The position numbers and the translations under genes were made by a program. Below the pieces are notes generated by a model, which saw only the letters and a list, made by a program, of their open reading frames with translations, was not told the origin of the DNA and did not search any database. DNA of 64,000 nt from a virus (lineage: Duplodnaviria; Caudoviricetes): the IMG/VR virus record IMGVR_UViG_3300048598_000287, positions 192,001 through 256,000 of that record. One strand, written 5' to 3'. Position 1 is the stretch's first letter. The number at the start of each line of letters is the position of its first letter. Shown here piece after piece: positions 10,388 through 19,500 of the stretch.

Positions 10388-11086
10388 TCATTTATTATCA
10401 CAGAGCGGCGGATCGCTCTTTGTGGCAGGTTTAGCGGCTATGGAATTGTCCCTTGGCTTCGATATTTTCTTTTTAGTGGTTGGACTTTTCTTTTTTATAA
10501 ACTTTGGCAATTCTTTATCTATATTAGCGCACTGTTTAATTGCTTCAATATTTTCATACTCTTTCTTCTCTAAATATTTTCTATATGAGTCATTACTCAT
10601 ATTGGGATCCCTAAACGGGGCCTCGGCAGCACTTGGGGTATCACGATCCGTATCACCACCACCATTACTGATGCGAACATTTGGATCCGGAATTGTATTA
10701 ACTGTATCGGATGGATCTGTTTGAGCCCCTATATGACCGCTGAACTGATTAATGAACGATGGCATATCATTCACCCGGTTTATTCCAGTTTCAGATGCCG
10801 ACCAATTTTTTACATCGTCCACGGACATTGCCTTATGCGATGACATATCATTCACTCGGGTTATTCCCCGTTCAGATGTTGGCATTTTTTTTACATCGCC
10901 CATGTGCATTGCCTGATGGTTACCATATGTATTACCAGTCGAAGGACGCGGTTCTACGGTTGGGGCAGTAGAACCTGTCGGCGTCTTATCAAACCCGATT
11001 TTTTTGTAATAATGCAGCAGTATCTCTGATATGTTGCTTGTAGCCGATGCAAGATCGGCGAGAGTTTTAATCATGCTAGTTTCCAT
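10388..11086 (-). CDS. Hypothetical protein with two 27-aa repeats
   Basis: ATG 11086 after AGGAG; two imperfect 81 bp tandem units at about 10758-10919. Confidence 0.65.
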   Translation of the reverse strand: METSMIKTLADLASATSNISEILLHYYKKIGFDKTPTGSTAPTVEPRPSTGNTYGNHQAMHMGDVKKMPTSERGITRVNDMSSHKAMSVDDVKNWSASETGINRVNDMPSFINQFSGHIGAQTDPSDTVNTIPDPNVRISNGGGDTDRDTPSAAEAPFRDPNMSNDSYRKYLEKKEYENIEAIKQCANIDKELPKFIKKKSPTTKKKISKPRDNSIAAKPATKSDPPLCDNK

Positions 11087-11158
11087 ACAGTCTCCTGAAA
11101 AAAATGTATATTCAACTGATGATAATATATATTTTATGCTAAACAATAGGATACTCAT

Positions 11159-11608
11159 ATGATATCGTCAGGACTTCTTATAACAGATGGAATCCGTTTC
11201 TTGGCAGAGCTTCCTCTATACCAATCTCCCATAGATCATGGATATGATCTTCCAAAAGGACATGTCGAGCCATTTGATGCCGATTATAGAGCCAGTGCAT
11301 TCCGGGAAGCCAAAGAAGAAACCGGGCATGATTTTGATGCATACATGGATATGGCCGTTCCACTATCTGATTCGCCCGTTAAATATATAAAGGGAAAGCA
11401 GATAATTATTTATCTACTTAAACTCTTACCGGAAGATATGCCGGAAATTTCAGAATATCATTGTGACAGTTTTTTTGCCGATAAGAAAACAGGAAAGCAA
11501 TCACCCGAAGTAATTGCATATGAATACAAGCCGCTTAAAGAAATACGCAGATGGCTTTTCTCAAGTTATGGGAAAACTTTCGATATTCTTAAAATATTCA
11601 CAGAATGA
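11159..11608 (+). CDS. Nudix hydrolase, paralog of 9716-10297 without the leader
   Basis: PKGHVEPFDADYRASAFREAKEETG; shares SSGLLITDG..FLAELP and YDLPKGHVE with the upstream paralog. Confidence 0.85.
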   Translation: MISSGLLITDGIRFLAELPLYQSPIDHGYDLPKGHVEPFDADYRASAFREAKEETGHDFDAYMDMAVPLSDSPVKYIKGKQIIIYLLKLLPEDMPEISEYHCDSFFADKKTGKQSPEVIAYEYKPLKEIRRWLFSSYGKTFDILKIFTE

Positions 11609-11635
11609 AAAATCCCGGCAATGCCGGGATTTTTT
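11608..11635. terminator. Bidirectional intrinsic terminator
   Basis: aaaaatcccggca-a-tgccgggattttt between convergent genes. Confidence 0.8.
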
Positions 11636-12791
11636 AATCCTGATCGCTTACCATATTTCTTTCATGCCTAGAACCTATATATAACAATCCGATGTTGATT
11701 GTATATAGCAAAACACATACAGGAAGCAAAACATTAATATCAAGGTGTTTTAGAAACAACGCCGCTATCCCTGCGAATCCCCATCCGCTAAGAGTAAACG
11801 AATGAATTGTTGATGTATTGTTTATGCCGTATTTATCCGCGATAAAACTAGGAAGAAGAGAGAATCCTCCGCCGTAATTCATATTAAGTATCATAATCAT
11901 TATAACGAACATTATAGTAGATGGAAAGAAAATAGATCCCATGCATATCAGCGCGCTTAATGCAAATACGATAACATACGGAAACCATCTGTTAGTATGA
12001 TCACTTATCCATGCGAATCCAAACCTTCCGCCTGCATTGAAAACTGCGCTCAATGTGCAAAATACCGTTGCAAGTCCTATTTCTACCCCTAAATGCTTAT
12101 ATAGTTGGGCTTCCTGTGAAATGAAGGCAAGACCGCATGCGATGTTCAGGAAGAAGAACAGGCAGGTTGAAATATATGGCAACGTGAATGCAATATTCTT
12201 AAGCTTTACAGTTTCGACATTTTTTGCCATATAGTTAACGGGAAATTTACAGAAAAGAAAGGCGCAGATGACCAGCGGTATAAGATATATCCCGGTAAGT
12301 ATGTAAAATGCATTATCTATTGAGAAATTACTTGTCAGATATGTGTAAAGCGGACTTGAAAATGATTTGGCAAGTCCGAACGAAAGTATAGCTATTGCGC
12401 TTGCTACCGCTTTGTTATGTCTGAAATACAGCATCAACGTTTTTATTGGTGCCACATATCCAAGTCCGCAGCTGCATCCGAACAGGAATCCGTAGGAAAT
12501 GTAGAACAGTGTAACGCTATGTATATGGCAGGCTAGTCCGCTAAGCATGAATCCAGATGCGAACAGAACGACTGACATGACATATACCTTTTTAGGATTC
12601 TTCTCGACGAATTTTCCCATGAACGCCGCGGATAGTCCAAGAAACAATATTGCAAGAGAAAACGCAAATGACATGTCATGATTTAACACTGCTGTCACAT
12701 GGCTTGAAAGAAGACTCCACGCATATACCTGACCTATGCATAGCGAAAGAAAAATTGTTGCCAGGACTGTCCTTATCTGAAGGATTTTCAT
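11634..12791 (-). CDS. MFS transporter, oxalate:formate antiporter (OFA)-like
   Basis: About 12 hydrophobic segments; IGQVYAWS, FLGLSAAFMGKFVEK, GLGYVAPIKTL, FNAGGRFGFAWISD and YGGGFSLLPSFIADKYG motifs. Confidence 0.85.
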   Translation of the reverse strand: MKILQIRTVLATIFLSLCIGQVYAWSLLSSHVTAVLNHDMSFAFSLAILFLGLSAAFMGKFVEKNPKKVYVMSVVLFASGFMLSGLACHIHSVTLFYISYGFLFGCSCGLGYVAPIKTLMLYFRHNKAVASAIAILSFGLAKSFSSPLYTYLTSNFSIDNAFYILTGIYLIPLVICAFLFCKFPVNYMAKNVETVKLKNIAFTLPYISTCLFFFLNIACGLAFISQEAQLYKHLGVEIGLATVFCTLSAVFNAGGRFGFAWISDHTNRWFPYVIVFALSALICMGSIFFPSTIMFVIMIMILNMNYGGGFSLLPSFIADKYGINNTSTIHSFTLSGWGFAGIAALFLKHLDINVLLPVCVLLYTINIGLLYIGSRHERNMVSDQD

Positions 12792-12876
12792 ATATACCTC
12801 TCTATTTATGTTATTAGACGCCGTATGATATTCTTTGAATGCACATAATTCAATGATTCTATAAGAAGTCTAATAA

Positions 12877-13026
12877 CATGATACAGAAAATATAATGAAT
12901 CAATGGAATATATGCAAGACTGGAAGTTAATAAAGATATAATTTATATGAAGGATATAAACTATTAATATGATTGTCCTATCGACACAACATACACTCAA
13001 GTTCGCTAATGCAAGAAAGCAGGATG
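12877..13026 (+). repeat. tnpB-like element 5' end, copy 1 (contains late promoter and first 19 codons)
   Basis: Gap-free 150 bp match to the reverse complement of 24878-25027, with about 20 mismatches counted by eye. Confidence 0.9.
12955..12963 (+). promoter_or_regulatory. Late promoter motif TATAAACTA in tnpB-like end
   Basis: 5 nt before ATG 12969. Confidence 0.7.
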
Positions 13027-13565
13027 AAATTCTCATCCTGCTGTCTGAATGGCGCAGAGTGATGCAGCTGATCTGTGACGACCTGTGGAGTAACGGATAC
13101 TGCTGGATGGAAGACGGATGCATCCATGAGTTCAATGTACGCAAATTCAAGCTCTCATTACCTAAATACCTGGACTACAACCGTTTCAGCATAGACACGT
13201 GGCTAAGCGGACGTATGCTCAGTTAATTGGTCACGTGGCTAAGCGGACGTATGCTCAGTTCATTGGTCACGCAGCTAAGCGGCAAGCTCCGTGCAATGCT
13301 AAGCAAGCAGTCGGCGCGGATATATGTATTTGACAGGCTATGCGGACAGGGCGAATACAGCGAACGGCTCTGGGCAAAGATAGAAGAATCGATGCCGAAG
13401 AAGCCGGATTTAAGTGATGCGGGAATAGAGATCAGCTCTAAATGCGCGGATTTCATGGAAACGCCCGGTGGAAAGTTCTACGGATACGTCAGGATCAAAT
13501 CTACGGGACGAGAACACGTCAGGATTCCCATCTGCAGGCATTCCAGGCTGAAGAAATACACGGAC
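12969..13565 (+). pseudogene. tnpB: TnpB/Cas12f-like RNA-guided nuclease, N-terminal remnant
   Basis: STQHTLKFANARK...TWLSGRMLS...KPDLS...GYVRIKSTG..VRIPI resembles the N-termini of phage-borne TnpB-like proteins (recalled, not searched). In-frame TAA at 13224-13226; no RuvC or Zn-ribbon half; runs into a GC-rich repeat. Confidence 0.6.
13196..13283 (+). repeat. 36 bp tandem duplication inside tnpB remnant
   Basis: cacgtggctaagcggacgtatgctcagtt(a/c)attggt twice, plus a partial third unit. Confidence 0.95.
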
Positions 13566-13737
13566 GGAACCCGGGAACGCCCGGAAAGGTGACGATGTGC
13601 TCAAACGTTCCCGGAGGCTCATTGCACCGGCCCCGCGGGAAATGTAGATTAGACACGCGGAGCGGTGCCGGATCCGCCCGGGGTCGCTGGGCGATGAACC
13701 TCGGGATCTTGCGCCGCAGGTTAGCTAGTCGTTAGGC
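13562..13737 (-). repeat. GC-rich imperfect palindrome, partial attC-like site (copy A)
   Basis: Starts GCCTAAC (RYYYAAC) on the minus strand and has an internal hairpin. Roughly 80% identical, inverted, to 18680-18827. No matching L'/R' end seen. Confidence 0.5.
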
Positions 13738-13856
13738 GAACAAAAAATAAAGCCAGAAAACGCCATTCCTAATATCAAAACAGTCCAGTCGTCCATGACT
13801 GGGCAATATGCATCAGGAGCCCATATTTGCCAAAAAAAATGTATATTTTAAGTAAC

Positions 13857-15509
13857 ATGATAGCTAATATAAACGAACACAAAAGTCGCATAGCGAAGCA
13901 CATCAAGGATAACGGGGTTTATTACACACCTGACAATCTTGCTGACTTTGTTGCACGCGCAGTTTGGAGGAATATTGGAAATCATAAAGTCGGCACCGTA
14001 TTTGATCCTGCTGTAGGCGAAGGGAGCTTATTGAAGGCATTGTTTAAGTATGCCCCAAATAAGACCATTAGTTACAAAGGTTCAGATATAGATCAAGATG
14101 CTATTCAATCATGTATTACGAATGAGGCATTTGGTAGTGAGTTTAAATTTTCAGTTAAAGATTTTGTAGAATCAATTGACCAATCATTTGGCCTGTTTCA
14201 AGATATTAATGTTGAATATTCTGATGTTATAATTATGAACCCGCCTTATGTAAGAACTCAGAATCTTTCAAATGAAAAAATTAAGACTGTTGCAAAAGAG
14301 CTAGGATTAACAGGGCGTGTTGATTTAGCACATGTATTTATTGCTGGTTCTGCACGGTTTTTGCGAGCAGGTGGAATACTTGCTGTAATTACTTCGAATA
14401 AATTTATGCAAACTCTTGCAGGAGAGGGTCTTCGAATCGTCATAAAGAATGAATTTGAAATCTGTGAAGTCTGGGACTTTGGAGATACAAAACTATTTGG
14501 CGCGGCGGTTCTTCCAATGGTTATGGTTTTGCGAAAGAAACCATGCGAAAATGGACAGGGTGAATTTTATTCTTGTTATAAATGTAATGAAAATCAAAAC
14601 AGGAATTTACCAGTCGAAAACGACAGTCTAATTAATGAACTTATTAGCGCGGGCTTTACTATCAACTGCGGTTCATTACTTAATGGAGCTAGCGAAAATC
14701 GTAAAGTCTGGGTATCTTCAGATGAACAAACAAATAAGTTTCTTGATTCAGTGAAAAAGAATTGCTGGAGAACATTTGGAGATGTATCAAAAATATCTGT
14801 TGGAATCAAGACAACTGCCGATGATGTATTTATCAAGCAAAACTGGAATAGCTTTATACCAAGACCAGAGCTACTTAAACCGCTAGTGACACATGAAGTG
14901 GCTGGAAATATTTATCCTTCCGATATCCAGTCAACCCGCTCCGTATTGTACACACATGAACGTGATGGCGCAAAAAAAAGACCTGTAGATCTTTCTCTAT
15001 ATCCAATCTCTAAAAAATTCCTAGAATCCAATAGAGCACGCCTTGAATCTAGAGATTATATAAAGAAAGCAGGTAGACTTTGGTATGAAATTTGGGTGCC
15101 ACAGGATCCAGCAGTATGGTCAAAGCAAAAAATCGTATTTCGTGAAATTTCAGAGTTGCCACAATTTTGGCTTGATAATAGTGGCTCTGTTGTAAATGGC
15201 GATTGCTATTGGATTGCATTTGATGAATCTGCTCATCCAGATCTTATTTGGTTAATGCTTGGAATTGCCAATTCTGCATTCATTGTTAAATATTACGATG
15301 TTGTATTTAATAATAAAATATATGCTAATCGTAGGCGATTTATGGCTCAATATGTTCAAACATTTCCAATACCAAATCCTGAATCAAAAAGCTCTAAGGC
15401 CATTATTGATTTAGTCAAAGTGATTTTCAACGATAGACTTCCTCAAGAGTCTTGGGCTCATAAGTTAGATACACTTGTTAATAAATCATTCGGATTAGAT
15501 AAATCCTGA
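13857..15509 (+). CDS. Type II N6-adenine DNA methyltransferase (gamma class, TaqI/Eco57I-like), intact
   Basis: GVYYTP, FDPAVGEG (motif I), MNPPY (motif IV), and a C-terminal TaqI_C-like region (KIVFREISE). Confidence 0.9.
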   Translation: MIANINEHKSRIAKHIKDNGVYYTPDNLADFVARAVWRNIGNHKVGTVFDPAVGEGSLLKALFKYAPNKTISYKGSDIDQDAIQSCITNEAFGSEFKFSVKDFVESIDQSFGLFQDINVEYSDVIIMNPPYVRTQNLSNEKIKTVAKELGLTGRVDLAHVFIAGSARFLRAGGILAVITSNKFMQTLAGEGLRIVIKNEFEICEVWDFGDTKLFGAAVLPMVMVLRKKPCENGQGEFYSCYKCNENQNRNLPVENDSLINELISAGFTINCGSLLNGASENRKVWVSSDEQTNKFLDSVKKNCWRTFGDVSKISVGIKTTADDVFIKQNWNSFIPRPELLKPLVTHEVAGNIYPSDIQSTRSVLYTHERDGAKKRPVDLSLYPISKKFLESNRARLESRDYIKKAGRLWYEIWVPQDPAVWSKQKIVFREISELPQFWLDNSGSVVNGDCYWIAFDESAHPDLIWLMLGIANSAFIVKYYDVVFNNKIYANRRRFMAQYVQTFPIPNPESKSSKAIIDLVKVIFNDRLPQESWAHKLDTLVNKSFGLDKS

Positions 15510-16104
15510 TGGTATTGGTATTTGTAGCTTTGTATTCTTGACCTTTCCTTCAAATCGAGGAAAGAACTTAAAGAACTCTTTACCAGAGCACAAATAGTAA
15601 TTTTCAATAGTTAGGCTATCCTCAAGAATTGATGCGTAAATAATGAGGTAGCGAACCATATACGCAAGATAGGGTGTTTTCCAAGCAGCATCAATTACAA
15701 AATCCTCATCAGGCTGATGGAGCCCCAAATCAATTGTTGGAGATGTTTGAAGCTTAATCTCTAAAAGTTGATTTGGGATATCTGGAAACTGACCACTATC
15801 TTGCCCAATTTCATAGCAAAGTAAGCGACAAATCTTTTCATGAAGATAATATCCTCTATTTCGATCATCGGTCATTCCTCCATAAGGAAATTGCATTAAG
15901 AGCAGAGGCTTGAGTTGCTGGCCAATCTCATCAATTGTTAATAGTGTTCTCGGGATTGGTTCGTCTAAGCACGATGCTTGAGAATTAAATTTAAGAGATG
16001 TTCCTTTTGGCCTTACTTCAAAACTATCAGAAGAAAGTATACGAGATGTAAGTTGCTTAGGCTCTAGTCTTGCTTGATATTTATGTGTAAGTGTTCCAGT
16101 TTTA
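15495..16104 (-). pseudogene. Putative cognate restriction endonuclease, 5'-truncated by IS256
   Basis: Convergent with the MTase; GQFPDIPNQLLEIKLQ fits a PD-(D/E)xK motif. The frame stays open upstream of ATG 15896 (KTGTLTHKYQAR...) right up to the IS end at 16105. Confidence 0.7.
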
Positions 16105-17449
16105 GATAATGCAACCCTTTTTTCTGTAAATTTATTTCTTCACTTTCTTCATCGCTTTGGGGTTTAAGTAAATCTTACCATCAGTCCATTCGTCGTTTTG
16201 CTCCATAAGTAGAGCACCAACAAGCCTTAGACATGATTCATCATTAGGGAATATCCCTACGACACGGGTTCTACGACGTATTTCTTTGTTCAGTCTCTCT
16301 AAACAGTTGCTAGTCCTGATCTTGCGCCATGCATCCTGTTTGAAGGCATAGAAAGTCATTCCGTCTTCATAGTTCGCTTCTAGCCAAGAGCTGAAATCGG
16401 AGGCCCGCTTGCGGTACTGCCCTATTATTTTCTTGGCCACGGCTCTGGCTTGTTCGAGGGTCTCTTGTCCATAGATACGGCGCATGGCTTCGCCTATCTC
16501 TTTGCGCATGTCGTTTCTTGGCACCCTGTTCTGGGCGTCTTGTGCCATATGGAAAAGGCATCGTTGCCAAGGGACTGATGGAAATACTGCTTTGCGGGCA
16601 TTACGAAGTCCTGCGTGATCATCGCTTATAATCAACTCCATTCCTGTAAGACCCCTACCGGTTAATGACTCTAAGAATTGTCTCCAGTTTGTTTCGGCTT
16701 CACTGCTAGAAGTGTCTACACCTAAAATCTCTCGCTGGCCCTTCGCATTGAGTCCAACTGCGATCAGTATGGCCCGATCGCATACTTGACCGTCCTTGCG
16801 TACTTTCTGATATTGAGCGTCCAGCCATACGACTTGCATGGGGCCCAGTTCTCGGCTCCTGAATTTCTGCACCTCCGCATCAAGGCCCTGCGCTGCCTTG
16901 GAGACCTGGGATGAGCTTATTTCAAGCCCGCAGAGTTTCTCCAGTATCCTTGTGACCTTTCGGGTCGATACGCCTTGCACATACATTTCTGCCAGAGCTA
17001 AGCGTAACGCCTTTTCAGATCTTGTGGCTGCCTCTAAAGACTTGGGATAAAACCCACTTTCTCGGGTTTGCGGAATGTCTAAGGCTACTTTTCCTAAACC
17101 TGTCGTTATTGATCGAGGTTTAAACCCATTAGCATAGTCCATACGCTCATCAGTACGCTCATAGGGTTGTGCTTTCAGGTAGCTTGATCGTTCCACTTTC
17201 ATTGCCTCATTCATCATAATCCGAAATAAGTCGAGGATTGCATCAGGGCCTCGCTCCACAAGCATGTTTAAAATGTCTGCGGAATTTGTATATTCAGCAT
17301 TGGAGTTCTTCATCTGTTTTCCTTTAGTTGAAGTTTGTCGTAATTCCAAAACTAAAAGAATTGAAGGACTCCATCTGGCCCTTCCCCAATCACCGTAGGG
17401 TGACTTGGTGGAGGGGCTGATGAATTTACAGAAAAAAATTTACACTATC
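16105..17449 (-). mobile_element. IS256-family insertion sequence (1345 bp)
   Basis: Imperfect terminal IRs (gataatgcaac...ttctgtaaat / gatagtgtaaa...ttctgtaaat) around a transposase gene; flanks show no target-site duplication. Confidence 0.92.
16132..17349 (-). CDS. IS256-family DDE transposase
   Basis: AEMYVQGVSTRKV, WLDA, ISDDHAGL, WQRCLFH and TSNCLERLNKEIRRRTRVVGIFPN motifs. Confidence 0.95.
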   Translation of the reverse strand: MELRQTSTKGKQMKNSNAEYTNSADILNMLVERGPDAILDLFRIMMNEAMKVERSSYLKAQPYERTDERMDYANGFKPRSITTGLGKVALDIPQTRESGFYPKSLEAATRSEKALRLALAEMYVQGVSTRKVTRILEKLCGLEISSSQVSKAAQGLDAEVQKFRSRELGPMQVVWLDAQYQKVRKDGQVCDRAILIAVGLNAKGQREILGVDTSSSEAETNWRQFLESLTGRGLTGMELIISDDHAGLRNARKAVFPSVPWQRCLFHMAQDAQNRVPRNDMRKEIGEAMRRIYGQETLEQARAVAKKIIGQYRKRASDFSSWLEANYEDGMTFYAFKQDAWRKIRTSNCLERLNKEIRRRTRVVGIFPNDESCLRLVGALLMEQNDEWTDGKIYLNPKAMKKVKK

Positions 17450-17850
17450 GAATCTTCGGCAGAGACGTAGTTGATTTCGAATTCGTTGACACCGAAAGAA
17501 TGGATGATGTTTTTTAGTTCCGAAATCAGTTTCTGCTCAATGTAAGTCCTGGCATTTTTGCGAAGCTTGTCACGCTGATTCTTGTTACTTTGGGTTATAC
17601 CGAAAAAAGATTTGTCAATGGCAATGTCGATATCTTCGGAAAAGCGTCGAATGAGCTTCCATCCTTTGCTGAGGGATGTTCCTCCTTTGAACGAAAAGGA
17701 TCCTTTGCAGGAGGACAAGGAAAGAGCCTTGAGAAGGGTGGTCACCCACCAGTCTTTTTCGATGATTGTGTCACTGACACCGGTTTTCTCCGAGGCTTGC
17801 TCGAGAAGTGTCCTTTTTTCGGAGAGGGTGTATTTGCTCCATGAACTCAT
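17450..17850 (-). pseudogene. AbiEii/AbiGii-family nucleotidyltransferase toxin, 3'-truncated by IS256
   Basis: IEKDWWV and FKGGTSLSKGWKLIRRFSEDID motifs; only about 134 codons precede the IS terminus. Confidence 0.85.
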
Positions 17851-18458
17851 GTCAAGGCTCCTTTGACTGTGCAGCGCATCCACGTCGGCATTAAAAGGAT
17901 GTCTTTTTCAAAGGATTTTTCTTTGGAGCAGGCTAAAACGAGTTCTATTATCCTTGCACGTTGTTTTTCGGAAATATCATTTTCTCCGATTTCCTTGAGT
18001 GCAAGCATAAGCAGTAGCATTCTCTTGTCATTGAACAGAGCGTATTTCGCGGTTTGTCGCTTTAAGATAATGCTTCTTTTGCCAATTTTGATAGTTCTTG
18101 ACGATCCGGTGGTGACGAATTCTTCTTTTGTCGGAACCTGGTCGGAAAGGCCGAGAGCGTTTGCCGCGGTGACCCCAGCAGGAACAATGTCGACTTTGTC
18201 CCTTTCGGCAATTGCATATGCGATTTCTTCAAGGGATGGGAATTCTGTCCCGAAACGATTTTTTTTCGGATACAAGTAAACGCCGCCATATAGACGAATG
18301 AGATCTCCGCCCTTTGCCATTCTCGAAAAGGCTCGGGTTATGGCGGATTCCTCGCCAATGGAAGCGTAGTCCTTGACACAATGAATCTTGCCTCGGCCTT
18401 TGGCCTTGATGACTTCCTGAAGTTTTTTTGTCAGGTCTTTTTGCATGTTTTTATTCAC
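17847..18458 (-). CDS. DUF6088/AbiEi-like type IV antitoxin, intact
   Basis: N-terminal wHTH-like region (AFSRMAKGGDLIRLYGGVY) and AANALGLSDQVP motif; overlaps the start of the AbiEii gene. Confidence 0.8.
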   Translation of the reverse strand: MNKNMQKDLTKKLQEVIKAKGRGKIHCVKDYASIGEESAITRAFSRMAKGGDLIRLYGGVYLYPKKNRFGTEFPSLEEIAYAIAERDKVDIVPAGVTAANALGLSDQVPTKEEFVTTGSSRTIKIGKRSIILKRQTAKYALFNDKRMLLLMLALKEIGENDISEKQRARIIELVLACSKEKSFEKDILLMPTWMRCTVKGALT

Positions 18459-18497
18459 CCTTATGTCCGAAATTTAGTAAAAAAATCAGACATAAGG
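18459..18497. promoter_or_regulatory. Inverted repeat, candidate AbiE autorepression operator
   Basis: ccttatgtc...gacataagg immediately upstream of the antitoxin start; AbiEi proteins are known to bind promoter IRs. Confidence 0.5.
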
Positions 18498-18676
18498 AAA
18501 TCTCGCCATAAATAACTATCATATTCTGTTTTTGAATTTAACATTCATTTTAAATTCCCGCTTAAACATTTTTCCCACTTATGTTATTATAGTACCTTTT
18601 CCTTTCTCCATTGGTGTAAAAATAAATTTTCTCACCTTTTTCCCCAGTTGTGCTATCATATTCTACGCTATTATAA

Positions 18677-18827
18677 TCATAACGACTAACTAACTCACAG
18701 CGCAGGATCCCGAAGAAGTCCATCGCCTAACGCCCCCGGGCGGATCCGAGCCAGCTCCGCGTTCCAAATCTACATTTTTTGCGGAACCGGTCCAATGAGC
18801 TTCCGGGAACGTAAGAGCCCATTGTCA
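18677..18827 (+). repeat. GC-rich partial attC-like site (copy B)
   Basis: Begins tcaTAACgactaactaac; inverted homolog of 13590-13734; merges into the DHH gene. Confidence 0.5.
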
Positions 18828-19450
18828 GGCAGGTCCTTTATGTCAAGGGAAGAATATTCTTTATCCAGGTCTATGGCATGCTGCTTAAGCCATTCGGATT
18901 CTTCGGGTGTCATTTCAGTATGTCCGTCAGAATATGCCTGTATCCATGAGTCGAAAGTATATTTTTCCTTGAACAGTTCAGTTATTTCCTGCGCCTTCGC
19001 AAATCTTGGATCATTTTTCTGCCACCGATCAAACACGTCCACATATCCGATAAGTACAGAAAGATGGATAAGGTCAAAATGCGCCTTGAAAAAATCATAG
19101 CATAGCATAGCTCCGCACTTTGATGTATCTATGATGATTCCATTGGCCGGATCATTATATTTCATAGCCGTGGGGTGATGGTCAAGGACAAGTATAGGAA
19201 GTCCGGTGCCACGAAGTATCCCCATTATCTTTTCAGGATAATAATCAGATGCGATTATACAGTCATATCCATCGGATATGGCAGGAATCTGTTCGCCTAC
19301 GCTTTCTTCTACATACCCATACCGCATTTCAATATACGTTATGTCATGATATACATTCTTCAGAACTAGATGCGATGCAGCGCCGTCCAAATCATAATGG
19401 GTAAGGTTAAGCACTTTAAGCGTAGGATTTTAAAAATATTCAAGATTCAT
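18813..19450 (-). pseudogene. DHH-family phosphoesterase pseudogene
   Basis: THYDLDG and LDHH motifs. In-frame ATG 19450 is followed by TAA at codon 7 (MNLEYF*NPTLKVLNLTH). The 3' end is replaced by repeat copy B and no DHHA1 region is present. Confidence 0.75.
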
Positions 19451-19500
19451 ATGTTTGTCCTATTGGGTTTTGAATGGATGAAAGGGAACTATATAATTTT

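Noticed and set aside
13196-13283. 36 bp repeats as a mini CRISPR array
   Set aside because: The units are directly adjacent with no spacers and lie in frame within a coding remnant.
13442-13735. 97 aa ORF across the tnpB/repeat junction
   Set aside because: Chance frame through the GC-rich palindrome.
13562-18827. A complete integron or a composite transposon
   Set aside because: No integrase or attI, only one IS copy, and the attC-like sites lack matching distal boxes.
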